A stretch of 64,000 bases of DNA from positions 64,046,001-64,110,000 of the forward strand of contig OX597825.1 in the NCBI GenBank assembly GCA_951406725.2, written 5' to 3'. The DNA comes from Octopus vulgaris. Lineage: Eukaryota. Below the pieces are notes generated by a model. That model was not told the DNA's origin and ran no database searches. It worked only from the letters and a program-made list of their open reading frames with translations. Of the stretch, positions 42,050-55,887 are shown piece by piece. Every line of letters starts with the position of its first letter. Positions within the stretch are counted from its first letter, which is position 1. Position numbers and translations under genes: made by a program.

Positions 42050-42130
42050 CATCATCATCACCACCACCATCATAATCATCACCATCTTCATCATCATCAT
42101 TAACATCACAATCATCATCATCACCATCAA
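41754..42130. repeat. degenerate (CAT)n microsatellite
   Basis: Direct reading. Confidence 0.95.
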
Positions 42131-43142
42131 AATTGCCAACATTCTCTCATGATCTTTATCATCACCGTTAATCCCAGTGTCAGCTTCCTCATCGTCGTCA
42201 TCATGCTGTGTATCGTCGTCGCAGTCATCGTCGTCACGGTGATCCGCATCAGCTTCATCGTCGTTCTCGTTTATCTTTATCTTCATCGTTCTCGTCTCGT
42301 CTCGTCTCGTCGTCGTCCTCGTTATCATCATCCCTCCAACACTAACAGCACTATCAGCATTACCAACACCAATACCAACACCAACACCAACGCCGGCCAC
42401 TATCAACCGCCAACTCGTACTCCCCGTCTTCCTCCATCCCCTCCTACTCCCCTACTCTTACACCTCCTCCCTTCCCCTCCTCCTCCTCATCATCATCACC
42501 ATCATCATCAATGCCACCATCACCATCACCATTGCCACCACGATCGTGATAATCTCCATCAGCACTATAATCAACATCAATTTTATTGATGTCAAAACAA
42601 ACACACAAAAAATGCCTTGTAATCAACAAACACTGTTCCTATTTTGATTTTATTGACTTTCACTTTCATTTCCAACTATGGCATTATCATTTCGTAATGA
42701 CCTACAACCTGGCACAAAAAAACAAAGCTCTGACCTATCGTAGTGTATATGATATTAATTGCAATTTATCATTTAGCTAATACAAGAATCTTACTCGTTT
42801 TAAATCCAAAAGATTTCTTAAGAACAAATTTAGAAAATATATTAATCATTTAGTCACAGAATAGGTTTAATAAATATTTATCTGTATCTTATACAGTCTT
42901 TTCAATAATGCTTTGACGTCCGCAGAATTAGTGAAGTATGTAGAAACGGAAGCAGATGTGTGTATGTTTGTGTATTTGTGCGTAAGCATATGTATATGTA
43001 TGCGTATATATATGCATATATAAGTATATATATACATAGATATTTACATTTAAATACATATATGTGTGTATGTACGTATACAATATATATATATATATAT
43101 ATGCATATATATTTATGACATGAAATACACACACGCACGTAG

Positions 43143-43183
<41 letters not shown>

Positions 43184-43213
43184 TTATATATATATACATA
43201 TATATACATTTAA

Positions 43214-43263
<50 letters not shown>

Positions 43264-43295
43264 TTAAATGTATATGTATACACACACACGCGCTC

Positions 43296-44088
43296 ACAGA
43301 GGTTGTGGTGAATACACTGACGCCTAAATTACATAAAATATCTTGAAATAACAAAGAGAAAGGTTATTCAATATAATCACCATTCGCTTCTACCACGGCT
43401 TCCAGACAACTTCGGAATATCCTGCAACTCTTCTGGACCGTCTCATTAAGTTGGTGAAAGTTGTCATAATCCTTGCCTTCAGTTCATCTTTGGTGTTACA
43501 AGGAATTTTGTGGGTCACTTGCTCAGCTGTGCCCCAAACATAATAATCAAGGTAGCTGCAGTCTGGGGAGTTAAGTGGCCATATGTTTGAGGGGATTTGG
43601 TTGTTGAAATTGACTGGAAGCTCTTGCCTCTGTGGTAAGATATAGGGTCTTCCAGCAGCCACACCCTTGACGCAGAGTAGCAATACCTCCCCAAGATACT
43701 TAATGTAGGCCTCCCTGTTGAGTTTGAGGCCGTGCTGGAAGAGGAATTAAGATATAACGTCTTCACCACCAGTGCCCACTCCAAACACCATGATGTTTAT
43801 TGGATGTTTGATTTTTTTCATTCTCGGTACATGTCCTCAAATTGAGCGGTCCTCATATTGACACACAAACACTCTAAAATGTTCGTATTGAAGCTTCAGT
43901 CGAGAATGCCAAGCAGTACAGGATGTCGTTTCCAAATTTCTGACTGACTGAATCGCGTCATGGTGCTGTATTTCTCATAGACGGTGACCGACTGACTCTA
44001 CAATACTGTGTAGTTGAAAGAATCAAAAACAGACGATGCGCATGCACGAAACTAATTATAAATAACATGGCGACAATTAACCTATCAC

Positions 44089-44093
<5 letters not shown>
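43296..44093 (-). mobile_element. Tc1/mariner-superfamily transposon remnant
   Basis: WPLNSPDCSYLDYYVWG...CNTKDELKARI matches the WPPNSPDLNP.DY..W catalytic motif; degenerate ends lie next to TA repeats. Confidence 0.8.
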
Positions 44094-44154
<61 letters not shown>

Positions 44155-44169
44155 TATATACACACTTTC

Positions 44170-44519
44170 AGTTGACCAAACATTCACGCCGGTTTCACTT
44201 GCACAAGATATCCGTGATTGTGTCGAGAAGGATGAAAACTTTTTGAAAAATTTGTGTTGATCCCTCAGCAGGTTTTGGCCAAATTTTATGCAGATCCTCT
44301 GCTCAATTTTCTCTGTCATCGTTAATGCGATGATCTCACGCTACACACCTTTCTGCAAAGCACTGCTGTAAACAGCAAAAGCGGGCTGGGACATTACAAG
44401 ATAGTGCGCATGCACAACAGAATTCACGGTAAATCTGAGCCAAATGGCTTCCTTCTGCGTGCTTTCGCTTCGTTATTATGGCAACAGACCGGATAATTAC
44501 TGATCAGACCACCTACATA
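44170..44519 (-). mobile_element. mariner-like 5' fragment
   Basis: MTEKIEQRICIKF N-terminus; terminal tatgtaggtggtctgatcagtaattatccgg resembles a mariner TIR. Confidence 0.65.
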
Positions 44520-44576
44520 TGCACACATATATATATATGTATGTATGTATATAAATATATATATATATACATATAA

Positions 44577-44607
<31 letters not shown>

Positions 44608-44865
44608 CATTGTGACGCACTTTCAATATTTCTGTCACATAGACTCGTCAGCCTTGGTATATATTAGTTATCACGAAGTTGGACTAAAGCTGGAACCATG
44701 TAGTTGGGAAGAACACTTCTTACTACTCAGCAAAACTCATACATATGCAGAGGTTGGACAAAATTATGGAAACACCTAGTATAATGGAATCATAATTTTA
44801 TAATATGTATAATACCTATGTATATATATATGTATACATATACATACATACATACATATATACAT

Positions 44866-45240
<375 letters not shown>

Positions 45241-45337
45241 TTGTAGTGGGATAGTATTTAACTGCTATTTCTAAATTTCGGAATATGGTGAAGCAATTTT
45301 TCTGTTGAACCCTAATTATAATTATGTTTAGACGCCA

Positions 45338-45520
45338 TGATAGATCGTTAGCTACTACACACATTTTTTCTCTCCTTGTTTTTTTTCTGTGTATCTTTCT
45401 GTAGAAGAGCGTAGGCTCGAAACGTAAAATACTTTTTTCTATTCCTGAGCGCTATACTAATACATCTGTTTGTTTGTACACCACCTGCCTTCGTCTTTTG
45501 TTTATTTTCGTAAACTTTCC

Positions 45521-45523
<3 letters not shown>
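45338..45523 (+). mobile_element. Penelope-like pLTR fragment with hammerhead-like motif
   Basis: ttt CTGTAGA A GAGC gtag GCTC GAAA CG TA aaa; copy of 1637-1838; ends in (TA)n. Confidence 0.65.
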
Positions 45524-45565
<42 letters not shown>

Positions 45566-45568
<3 letters not shown>

Positions 45569-45682
45569 GGAATTTACAAAGAAACAAAAGACGAAGACAA
45601 GTGTATAAACAACAAACGTGTATTAGGTTGACGCTCGGGAAGTTGAGAAAGTTTTATATGTTTCGAACCTACGCTCCTCAAG
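45566..45682 (-). mobile_element. inverted, degenerate copy of the same pLTR-like family
   Basis: aaacaaaagacgaagac...tattag...acgctcggga...tttcgaacctacgctc is the reverse complement of 45405-45515. Confidence 0.65.
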
Positions 45683-45740
45683 ATATATATATATGTGTGT
45701 TTTTTGTGCTTTCATGTTTGGATTAACTATATATATATAT

Positions 45741-46411
45741 TGGTTGGTTGGTTGGCATCCTTTTTGTCTCGGGAGAAAATGGAGTTGCGCATAAAATAGT
45801 CTAGTCCGGCTTTTACATTTCTTGTCCTGATACATTTCCTGCTGTGGCTGTGTAGTCCTATCCTGGACAAACACTCCCTCTGGCAGGTACCACAAATGTA
45901 GCGAAGACCGTTCCTGGCTGGTTGTAATGTCATAGTTTCTTGTTGACGTCTTTTCTTGTCTTTCCATGTCTCCTCTCTCTCTCTCTGTCATTCCTTTGTA
46001 TTCCCTCTTTTACGGTACGTCGTCAATCTCCACGGTTACTGGCAACTGCTTCCCAATTGCTAATATTGATGTTGCAGGCCTTCATGTCCCTTTTGCAAAC
46101 ATCCTTGTAACGTAATAACGGTCTTCTCACAGACCTATTACCCCTAGCAAGCTCTCCGTAGCATATGTCCTTGGGGATTCTGCAATCTTTCATACGGCTA
46201 ACATGCCCAAGCCATCTCATACGTCTTTGTGTGAGGAGTGCAAACAGGCGCAGGAGTGGCTGTGTGGTAAGTAGCTTGCTAACCAACCACATGGTTCCGG
46301 GTTCAGTCCCACTGCGTGGCATCTTGGGCAAGTGTCTTCTGCTATGGCCCCGGGCCGACCAATGCCTTGTGAGTGGATTTGGTAGACGGAAACTGAAAGA
46401 AGCCTATCGTA

Positions 46412-46445
<34 letters not shown>

Positions 46446-46765
46446 TTTGTGTGTCTGTGTTTGTCCCCCTAGCATTGCTTGACAACCGATGCTGGTGTGC
46501 TTACGTCCCCGTCACTTAGCGGTTCGGCAAAAGAGACCGATAGAATAAGTACTGGGCTTACAAAGAATAAGTCCCGGGGTCGATTTGCTCGACTAAAGGC
46601 GGTGCTCCAGCATGGCCGCAGTCAAATGAATGACACAAGTAAAAGAGTAAACGAGTATGCTTGGTATTCCTGCTTGCTTGGGGACATCTTTGTTGGGGAT
46701 ATGATTCTGCCATTTGATGCGGAGGATTTTCCGGAGGCAGCGCAGGTGAAAGATGTCTTTTATGT
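45741..46765 (-). mobile_element. RTE-clade LINE 3' end, interrupted by a SINE
   Basis: FHLRCLRKILRIKWQNHIPNKDV..QAGIPSI|FALLTQRRMRWLGHVSRM..RIPKDI.YGEL...RYKDVCKRDMK, then YICGTCQRECLSRIGLHSHSRKC; (CCAA)n tail. Confidence 0.92.
46247..46655 (+). mobile_element. SINE family A, full length, nested in the RTE
   Basis: ggcgcaggagtggctgtgtggtaag...ggttcagtccc...ttgggcaagtgtc...(TA)n...aagtaaaagag. Confidence 0.93.
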
Positions 46766-47110
46766 GAATTATTTTTTCTCATGAATCATTTGCTCCGTAT
46801 TGAAATTATTCTCGCACTGGTGGCTGCGATGATTTCGGCGCATAACGAATCTGTTGCAGAACAGACTTCAAGACGACGGGGTGAGAGACTCTATCATGCT
46901 AACGCGTGCTGAAGAAGCTGGGTCTATTTTTGCCAGTGTAGAAAGCGGTCCACGTGAGACCACATACTTCAATATATATTGGGAGATTATCTTCCCCCGT
47001 TTGCCTTCGACGGTTGATTTCTGTAGTAATTTTCAGTATATTTTGGCGATCTAAATAAGTTTTGACTGTTATTTTGAGGAGGTAGACATTCTTAGTAGAC
47101 ATTCTTACAA

Positions 47111-47342
47111 GGCGGCGAGCTGACAGAAACGTGAGCACTCCGGGCGAATTGCTTAGCGGTATTTCGTCTGCCGTTACGTTGTGAGTTCAAATTCCGCCGA
47201 GGTCGACTTTGCCTTTCATCCTTTCGGGGTCGATAAATTAAGTACCACTTAGGCACTGGGGTCGATATAATCGACTTAATACCTATGTCTGTCCTTGTTT
47301 GTCCCCTCAGTGTTTAGTCCCATGTGGGTAATAAAGAAATAG
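47111..47342 (+). mobile_element. SINE family B, full length, 13-bp TSD
   Basis: gtagacattctta at 47095-47107 (also 47082-47094) and 47343-47355. Confidence 0.93.
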
Positions 47343-47836
47343 GTAGACATTCTTAGTATGTCCTTTGATTAACGAAATATATGGTGTGTGTGTGTGTGTG
47401 TGCAATATATACACATGCATACACCCACATATATAAATGTGTGCTTATGTTTGAGCGTACACTCTTTTGAACATCGTAATAAATTGCATGCGTATAGATT
47501 GTAATTGATTTAAAACGCATCGAAAAACGTATCAATCTGAAATTAACGAAGTGCATATATGTTATTCTAGGAGTATTAAATTCTATGCTAATCAATCAAC
47601 CATCTCTTTCCCTTTCTCTCTTTCTCTCTCTCTCTCTCTAATATATATATGCCGTAATATATATATATATAATATATATATGACGTGAGAAAAAAACAAG
47701 AAAGGGAGAGGGAACATGTTACCTTGAGAGTTCAATGACATATGAAATATATATATATATATATATATCTTCATACATATACACATACATATATATATAT
47801 ATATATATACACATATATATACATACATATATATAT

Positions 47837-47899
<63 letters not shown>

Positions 47900-48269
47900 T
47901 TCATGTATTATCATATAGTTCGTTGACTGCATGTTCCACACAGACGGACGCACATATATTACTGTATGTATGTGCAAATAAACCTCAGTTTAGGGACAGG
48001 CATCTCCACATATATACGTTTCTGTACATGAAACCCGAAACATTGTAAACAGAAAAAAAATACGCATAAACATCCATATACATATATTCACATATTTGAT
48101 CTAAATACGATATACGTGTTATAACATACGAATGAAACTGAATACTAGAAATTATTGCTAGAACATAATTCTAAAAACAAAAATTCATTGCAGTTTTTCA
48201 TGCTTGCTTCGTTTCCTCTCATTCATCAAAAGTTGTTTACATTGTTACTTATTGCCGAGTATCTAATTC

Positions 48270-48495
48270 TGATTTCAAATTTTGGCACACGGACAGTAAA
48301 TTCGGGGATGGGGATAAGTCAATTGAACACGGATCTCAGTGTTCAACTGGTATTTATTTCATCGCCCCATATACTGGAAGAGTTAAAAGGCAAAGTCGAC
48401 CTTGTTAGATTTTGAACTCGGAACGTAATAACGGACGAAATGCAGCGAAGTATTTTTTTCCCGACGAGTGAAAGACTTTGTAAGCTCGACGCCTT
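48270..48495 (-). mobile_element. SINE family B variant
   Basis: aaaggcaaagtcgacc...ttgaactcggaacgtaa...gacgaaatgc. Confidence 0.7.
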
Positions 48496-48612
48496 CACCA
48501 AACATCAAGTACCGATTTGAAATTTTGGCACAAGGCCTGCAATTTCGGAGAAAGTGTGTTAGTCAATTACATCAACTCCAATTGTCAACACACACACACA
48601 CACGCACACACA

Positions 48613-48629
<17 letters not shown>

Positions 48630-48648
<19 letters not shown>

Positions 48649-48792
48649 ATATATTTCGTTAATCAAAGGACATACTAAGAATGTTTACCTCCTCAAAATA
48701 ACAGTCAAAACTTATTTAAATCGCCAAAATATACTCAAAAGTACTACAGAAATCAACCGTCGAATGCAAACTGGGCGAAGATAATCTCCCAA
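48630..48792. repeat. inverted copy of 46979-47400 lacking the SINE-B insertion
   Basis: Reverse complement reads ttgggagattatcttc...attttgaggaggtaaacattcttagtatgtcctttgattaacgaaatatatggtgtg. Confidence 0.92.
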
Positions 48793-49905
48793 TTATAATG
48801 TTATCGGCCTTTTGTCTGATATTAAACACACAGAGAATAAATTTGCATCATGACCCGCCATTACTAGTTGTTTTCAATATTAAAAATTACGATTAATTTT
48901 ATAATCATGTTCTGTTCACATAAACGAAAACAACGTTGAAAATATTAAGTTTTTTTTTCTGGTCTTTTTGTTGTCATTACTCCCACCACCTCACTGTCTT
49001 TCTCTTTTTTATGTATCAGAATATCTTATTGTGTTTACCTGTTATTCCTCTTATTCATAAGATATATTCCTCCGTGTCTTGTATCATTACAGTTTGTATA
49101 TATATATATATTTCTTATTTCCCCTTTCACATTCCCCGATTTCTTATTTTCCTGCCAATCTCATGGAATTATCCCTCTCTCTATTTTTCACTTTATTGTT
49201 TTTATTATTATTTTACTTATGTTAATATAATACCTTTGTGTTTTAATTGAAGAATACCCAGGTCGCCCCCACAACAGCCAAAAAATAATTTCCTTGTAGG
49301 GCACTAACCTTATGAAATTGAAGTACTGTCAGCAATAACCTTATGAGATTAAAATATTTTCAATGGAGAACCGATGTTGCTACAAGTATAAAACTGTCAA
49401 CGAAACGTCGCTGTTATCTACAGGTTTTACCACTGAATATGAATTATAATGCTCTAGTTAGTTAAAACCTCAAGGACATATAAGAAACAGAAAGCATGAG
49501 ATAGTTGGAAAATCATAGCAGCTACATGGATAATAGTTATCCTAACAATAAAAGAGAAAGCGCTTCAGTAAAATATCCAAACGAGACAATTGCTCATGCA
49601 TACTACAGGCATCATATATAATTAACATCAGTCAAATTATTTTTCTTGCTTTCGTTTCTCCAACTGGATGCAACACAATATATACCAAAAATTCAGTCGA
49701 AATTAATCGTTTCTTGAGGCATTATTCTTAAAATATTTCTAGAAATGACACAAGCCTTTTTCTTTAAAGATACACGATAAGCAGCTACGGAATGGAATTC
49801 GCCATTCTATTCAGACGAACACAGGTAGCCGAAACAATACTTAGGATTAAGAGGTACTCGCCGTTTACAGAGAACTCTCAGATAAATCATTAGATTGGTA
49901 GACAG

Positions 49906-49909
49906 ATAA

Positions 49910-49980
<71 letters not shown>
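49906..49980. repeat. (GATA)n microsatellite
   Basis: Direct reading. Confidence 0.95.
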
Positions 49981-50191
49981 TACGCATACATACATACGTA
50001 CATAGTTACGTAGCTGTCTTCAGCAATTTCACGATATTTATTGTAGGACATCACATTCACGTATTTAATCGACCATATCAAACACAATTTTTATTTCAAA
50101 TCTGTTGTCACATTCAAATCGTTCCTGCTAAACATGTATAGCGTGTACACAAACAATCGAAACTGTATCAAATTACATGAAAATCACAAGA

Positions 50192-50673
50192 GTAAAAAGA
50201 CAGAAATGTAAATATGCTTACATTACATGAATATACCTAGATTGCAACCTACACACACACATACACACACATGTCACGTGAGTACATTTACACAAATATG
50301 AATCTGTTTATGTATTATAATTGCAAGATACGCTCTGAACATATGACATATATTTGAATGCGTGCGTATATTTCTACGTGAGGGCCTGGATATATGTATG
50401 TGTATAAAGGTTTGTTTATATATGCATGTGTGTAAAAAGACAGAAATGTAAATGTGCGTACATTACATGAATATACCTAGATTGCAATCTACACACACAC
50501 ATACACACACGTGTCACGTGAGTACATTTACACAAGTATGAATGTGTATATGTATTATAATTGCAATATACGCTGTAAACATATTACTTATATTTGTATG
50601 CGGGCGTATATTTCTACGTGAGGGCATGGATATGTGTCAGTGTATAAACGTATGCTTATATATGCATGTGTGT
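50192..50673. repeat. 240-bp direct tandem duplication
   Basis: gtaaaaagacagaaatgtaaat... starts at 50192 and 50432; colinear with scattered substitutions. Confidence 0.93.
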
Positions 50674-51676
50674 ATGCGTGTATAAGCATGTTTGTATGTG
50701 CATGAGTGTATATGTGTCTGTGTTATAATAGCAACGTCTGTCTCATATCTAAAGAAAATACTTCAAGATTTACTAATTTACTTGTTCAGTTATAATAACT
50801 GCTATGTACATACTTTGTTTAACAACTCAGTATACGTGTATATGCTTGTGTGAGTGTGTGTGTGAATGTGTGTGCGCGCGCATGAGGATGTGTATTAGTG
50901 TATGTGTAGATCTATGTATATGTATGCGTATATCTTTAAAAAAAAGTATATCAGATGGGGACGAAAATCGCTCCAGAAGCAGCCAGGAAGAGTGCTAGAT
51001 GAATTTCTGCCTCATTGGGCATTTTCAATAGCGTTTATTACCAAACAGCATGCTCTGTCGAAATATTCTTTTTTATTACCGATATATTTGAAAACAGTGC
51101 ATAATCAGTCATTGGTTTCGCAGTAGCAACCTGGCTGAATGAATATTTCGTTATGTGCAACCAAAGCTGTATTATTTTCAAGTAGCAGTGTATGTATCAT
51201 ACATAAAATGGCTGTTTTATGGATAAGTTATAACATATACAGATTGCTGGGAATAACGTATGCTGAAAGTGCCCAGGGAGGCGGAAATCTATCAAGTATT
51301 TTCACTGACCGCAGCTGGGATGATTTTCGTCTGCTTGTGGAATATTTTGTGTTTTTAAAGGCAGTACCGACATTAGAGATATTATCTTTGGACTAATAGC
51401 CGAATCAATTTCCAAGGTAGGATAAATTTACATTCAGTATGTTATGCAGATGATAAACGGTTTTGTAAAAATCTAATACTACTAATAGTGCGCACATCAG
51501 ATACACACACACACACACACATATATATATAATATATGGGCTTGTAACTAGGGTAGAAAAGATTATAAATAAATTTTATATATAAATACGTGTATATATA
51601 TATACATATATATAAATATATATATATATATATACACACCACACACACACAAACACACACTCATACACACACATAC

Positions 51677-51756
<80 letters not shown>

Positions 51757-52407
51757 TGTATCTCCATGTACTGAAAGGGACGTTCAAATAGAGACAAACA
51801 AACATAGATGCTAAGATATATGAATAGAGAGATGGAATCAACATAAACCAAACTAGCTCATTTAATATTCGAGTAAAACATGTCAGAATTTATTGCTGCT
51901 AAAATAAATTACTTATCAAGCTTGATGCAAAATCTTAAATAACCAATATTTACTTCATCATCGCATCCACGTATTTCTTCCTCGTATTTTGATGAGGAGC
52001 ATCATTATCAAAGTATTTGCAATGTATTCTGATCCTTCTTCTTTACCTCCTGCCCTTCATAATTGCATTTCAGATTATCTGATTCTACATCATCGTCATC
52101 ATCATCATTATCACCATCATCATCGTCGTCAACAACGTAGACGTCTCCCGATGCGTTTGTTTATCATATCGTATAAGACCTCCGTTATTCCATGATGACC
52201 ACTCGTTAGGGCTTAAATGTGCACACCTGGCACCGGGTTCCCTGCAAAACACTGCTACACGGTTAAGTTCCCCGTTCTGCTACCACTTCGTTTCAGGGTC
52301 TGTCTAGTAGTGCAAAATCTTGACCTAGAGTAAACTATTCTATCCCGTGGACGAGCAATGACTAGCGTGTGAGTTTCGTATACGCAAACAGCTGGTAAGC
52401 GTTCTGT

Positions 52408-52524
<117 letters not shown>

Positions 52525-52841
52525 CATACATACATACACACACATATATATATATATATATACATACACACACACAAACACACAAACACACACACACATA
52601 TATATATATGGCAAATGTAAGACGGATGATGGAATGTACGAGAATTTATTATTAATCACGACAATTGTTTAGACACATCAAGCATCGGGGCTGGGATACT
52701 AAACAACTGGTATGTATGTATGTATGTATGTATGTATGTATGTATGTATGTATGCATGTATGTATGTATGTATGCATGTATGTATGTATGTGGGTATGTA
52801 TGTATGTATGTATGTATGTATGTGTATATATATATATATAC

Positions 52842-52872
<31 letters not shown>

Positions 52873-53366
52873 TATATATGTATACATGTATTTGTGTGTG
52901 TGGAGAGAGAGAAAGGGAGAGCGAGAGATGGAGAGCGAGAAACAGAGAGCGAGAGATGGAGAGCGAGAGAGCGCTAAATAGATATATATATAAATATACG
53001 CATATGTATATGTGTATGTGTGTAAGTATAAGCATATGTGCATGTCTGTGTACGTGTTCCTATGTTTGTGTATATCCGTTTGACAACAAATGATAGCTTT
53101 TGTACAGCGTCCTAACTGCATCGGTTTAGCAAAAAATATTTAAAGAATCATTAGCAGACTTGATATATATACTGAGTTCGATTTTTCAACGATGCTATTG
53201 AAGGCGGCATCCAAGAATGGCATGAATCCGGTGACTGAAACAAGTAGAAGACAAAAGAATAAAATCTCATCATATTCTTAGTGAATATCATATTCCTTCA
53301 ATACAACTGTTTTCATATTCTTTTCTACTCTAGGCACAGGACACGGAATTTTGGAAGAAGAGGATT

Positions 53367-53657
53367 AAAGGCAAAGTCGACCTCGGTGGAATTTGAACTC
53401 ACATCGTGAAGACAGACGAAATGCCTATTTCTTTACTACCCACAAGGAGCTAAACACAGAGAGGACAAACAAGGACAGACAAACGGATTAAGTCGATTAT
53501 ATCGACCCCGGTGCGTAACTGGTCCTTAATTTATCGACCCCCAAAGGATGAAAGGCAAAGTCGACGTCGGCGGAATTTGAACTCAGAACGTAGCGGCAGA
53601 CGAAATACTTCTAAGGATTTCACTCGGCGTGCTAACGTTTCTGCCAGCTCGCCGCCT
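53367..53657 (-). mobile_element. SINE family B: full copy plus partial second unit
   Basis: Minus strand reads head...gggtagtaaagaaatagg|catttcgtctg...gagttcaaattcc... Confidence 0.88.
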
Positions 53658-54292
53658 TACAACACTTTTCATATTGTAAAAGACCTCTATCGGCGAAAAA
53701 TGCCCCTGCATCTGCTCTTCTAAGTGCATACATGGCCGATATTATCCTTGAAATGCTGACATTTGCCGATGCATGTAAGTCTCCAGTAAACACTGCACCG
53801 ATGCGTATCTAAGGTAGAACATCGTGCAGAATTTAATTACAGAACACAAATACATATCGCAAGATATGTTGCTTGAAAGCCTAGCATTACTGCCAGCTCT
53901 CTGAGAAATGATAAGTAGCAACATTAGCCCCAGCCGGATTCGAACTCAACTTAGAAAAGACACAGAGCAAATCACGCTGAGCAGCAAATAATGAGTCTAA
54001 CAATTCTAACAATTCTTTATCAATTCTGACAATTCCCTGTCATAGACATTCTAGTTCATTTTTTGTCTTCGATTTCCTCGTGCGTAAAGTCGGGCATTTC
54101 TTCTTTTTTTTTCCTCATCTTCTCCTTCATCTTCGCTTTTGACATCGTCTACCTCTTCGTATAATTGTTAGTGGAAGTAGTAAAATTATATGTGTGTTTG
54201 TGTGTGCGAGTGTGTCTTTGTGTCTGTGTGTGCTTATGTGTGTTCATGCATGTCTCTCCACATAGTGACATATATGTTTGTTTTATAGTATG

Positions 54293-54335
<43 letters not shown>

Positions 54336-54380
54336 CAATAATAAATCTCTGAACGAGATGTAAACAGTAACCGCTCGACA

Positions 54381-54537
54381 ACGTAAAGTATAATAGCCAT
54401 CTCAATATAGCTAACCACTAAGGGTGGGTGTTACTGTAGCTTTTAGCCCCAGGAGATCATCGTCTCCTGGGGCTAAAAGCTACAGTAACACCCACCCTTA
54501 GTGGTTAGCCATATTGAGATGGCTATTATACTTTACG

Positions 54538-54538
<1 letters not shown>
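54381..54538. repeat. near-perfect palindrome, 76-bp arms, 6-nt loop, between (TA)n tracts
   Basis: acgtaaagtataatagccatctcaatat...agccccaggaga tcatcg tctcctggggct...tactttacgt; one mismatch. Confidence 0.96.
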
Positions 54539-54592
<54 letters not shown>

Positions 54593-54646
54593 ATATAAAT
54601 TAACAGAATGACATAAAAAATCCAAGGCTGTAAAAACTTTCGGAAC

Positions 54647-54685
<39 letters not shown>

Positions 54686-55887
54686 ATCTATATATATAGT
54701 TAGAGAGAGTGAGAGAGAGACTGAGAGAGACAGAGAGAGAGAGACAGTGAGACAGAGAGGGACAGAGAGAGAGAGTGATGGGGGTGATGAGACCATGGAG
54801 AGAAAGAGAGAAAATGTGCGTGTTTGTGTGTGAGATCAGAGAACTACGTTTGAGTTGATGCCACAACTTAATAATAGATATTGTTTCTACGGATGACTTA
54901 CACAAGAGTCTTGGTACTGAAGACCAAACCACTTCTCAAACCAGCATAGTTTTCTGCGAATCGCGTTTTATTAAGAAACTAGCATATATTTTCGTCATGC
55001 TGCTGTCCTTTATTTCCAGCTTGTCACATGATTAGTTTTGAGATTCGTTATTTCAACTTGAAATTTTCGTCACCGGGTTTTGAACAACTTATTGTTTTAA
55101 GGGAAATCGCTTGGAAGTGGTCCCTGGGAAACCTTGTCTCTCTAGCTACGAATTCTACCAACCAAAATAATATACTTTCTTTTTTCTTTGAATACTTCAC
55201 GTTTCGCAAACGATTCTGTATGTGAATTTGGCTGGCTAAGGTTCTAAGTGCAAAAGCTGTGACATTTATTATCGGTAGAATATTTCAAAATTCACGTCGT
55301 TCTTTTTCAGTTATTCAAAATTATTGCAGTCTTATGTTCTCTTTCCTTTTCATCTTGTGTTCAATTTATCTCTAAAATAATATACCTTATATCATCATTC
55401 GCATAATCACCTTCATCCTAACCATCATCAGTAGCAGCATAATTACAATCATCTTATCATCTTTTTATATTATACGATGATTTATTTAGCAGGTTTAATA
55501 CGGGTGAGATAAATATAGGATACATCAATATACGTAACAATAATTTCAATGGAAGCCATAAAACAGCGAGTCTAGTAATATTCAAGTTAAAATATATTTT
55601 TTAAATTTCTAAATTACTTTTCGGCAGCAAATAAAGTTTCTTCTTTCTTCACATCTATTAGGCTTTGTTCTCCGGTTTCATCTTTCAGGTTTATTACACC
55701 ATACTCTTCGACAACGTTGCATGTTTTATAGTAATTTCTCAAATTTCAAAAGTTCTTACGCATATAATATGCTTCAGTTGTTATTTATATTTCTTTTATG
55801 TATCTTCTTTGAGATCTCAATGCACTTAACCTCCACGTAAGTCTCTTTTATTTCAATATTACCAATCCATTTGGTGAAGAAGGAAAA

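Noticed and set aside
41681-42589. Long ORFs of 241, 134 and 146 aa
   Set aside because: They derive from degenerate (CAT)/(CGT)/(CCT) triplet repeats that lack stops by composition.
44748-44800. Tc1-like TIR cagaggttggacaaaattatggaaacacc
   Set aside because: Solo ~50-bp end with no partner TIR or transposase nearby.
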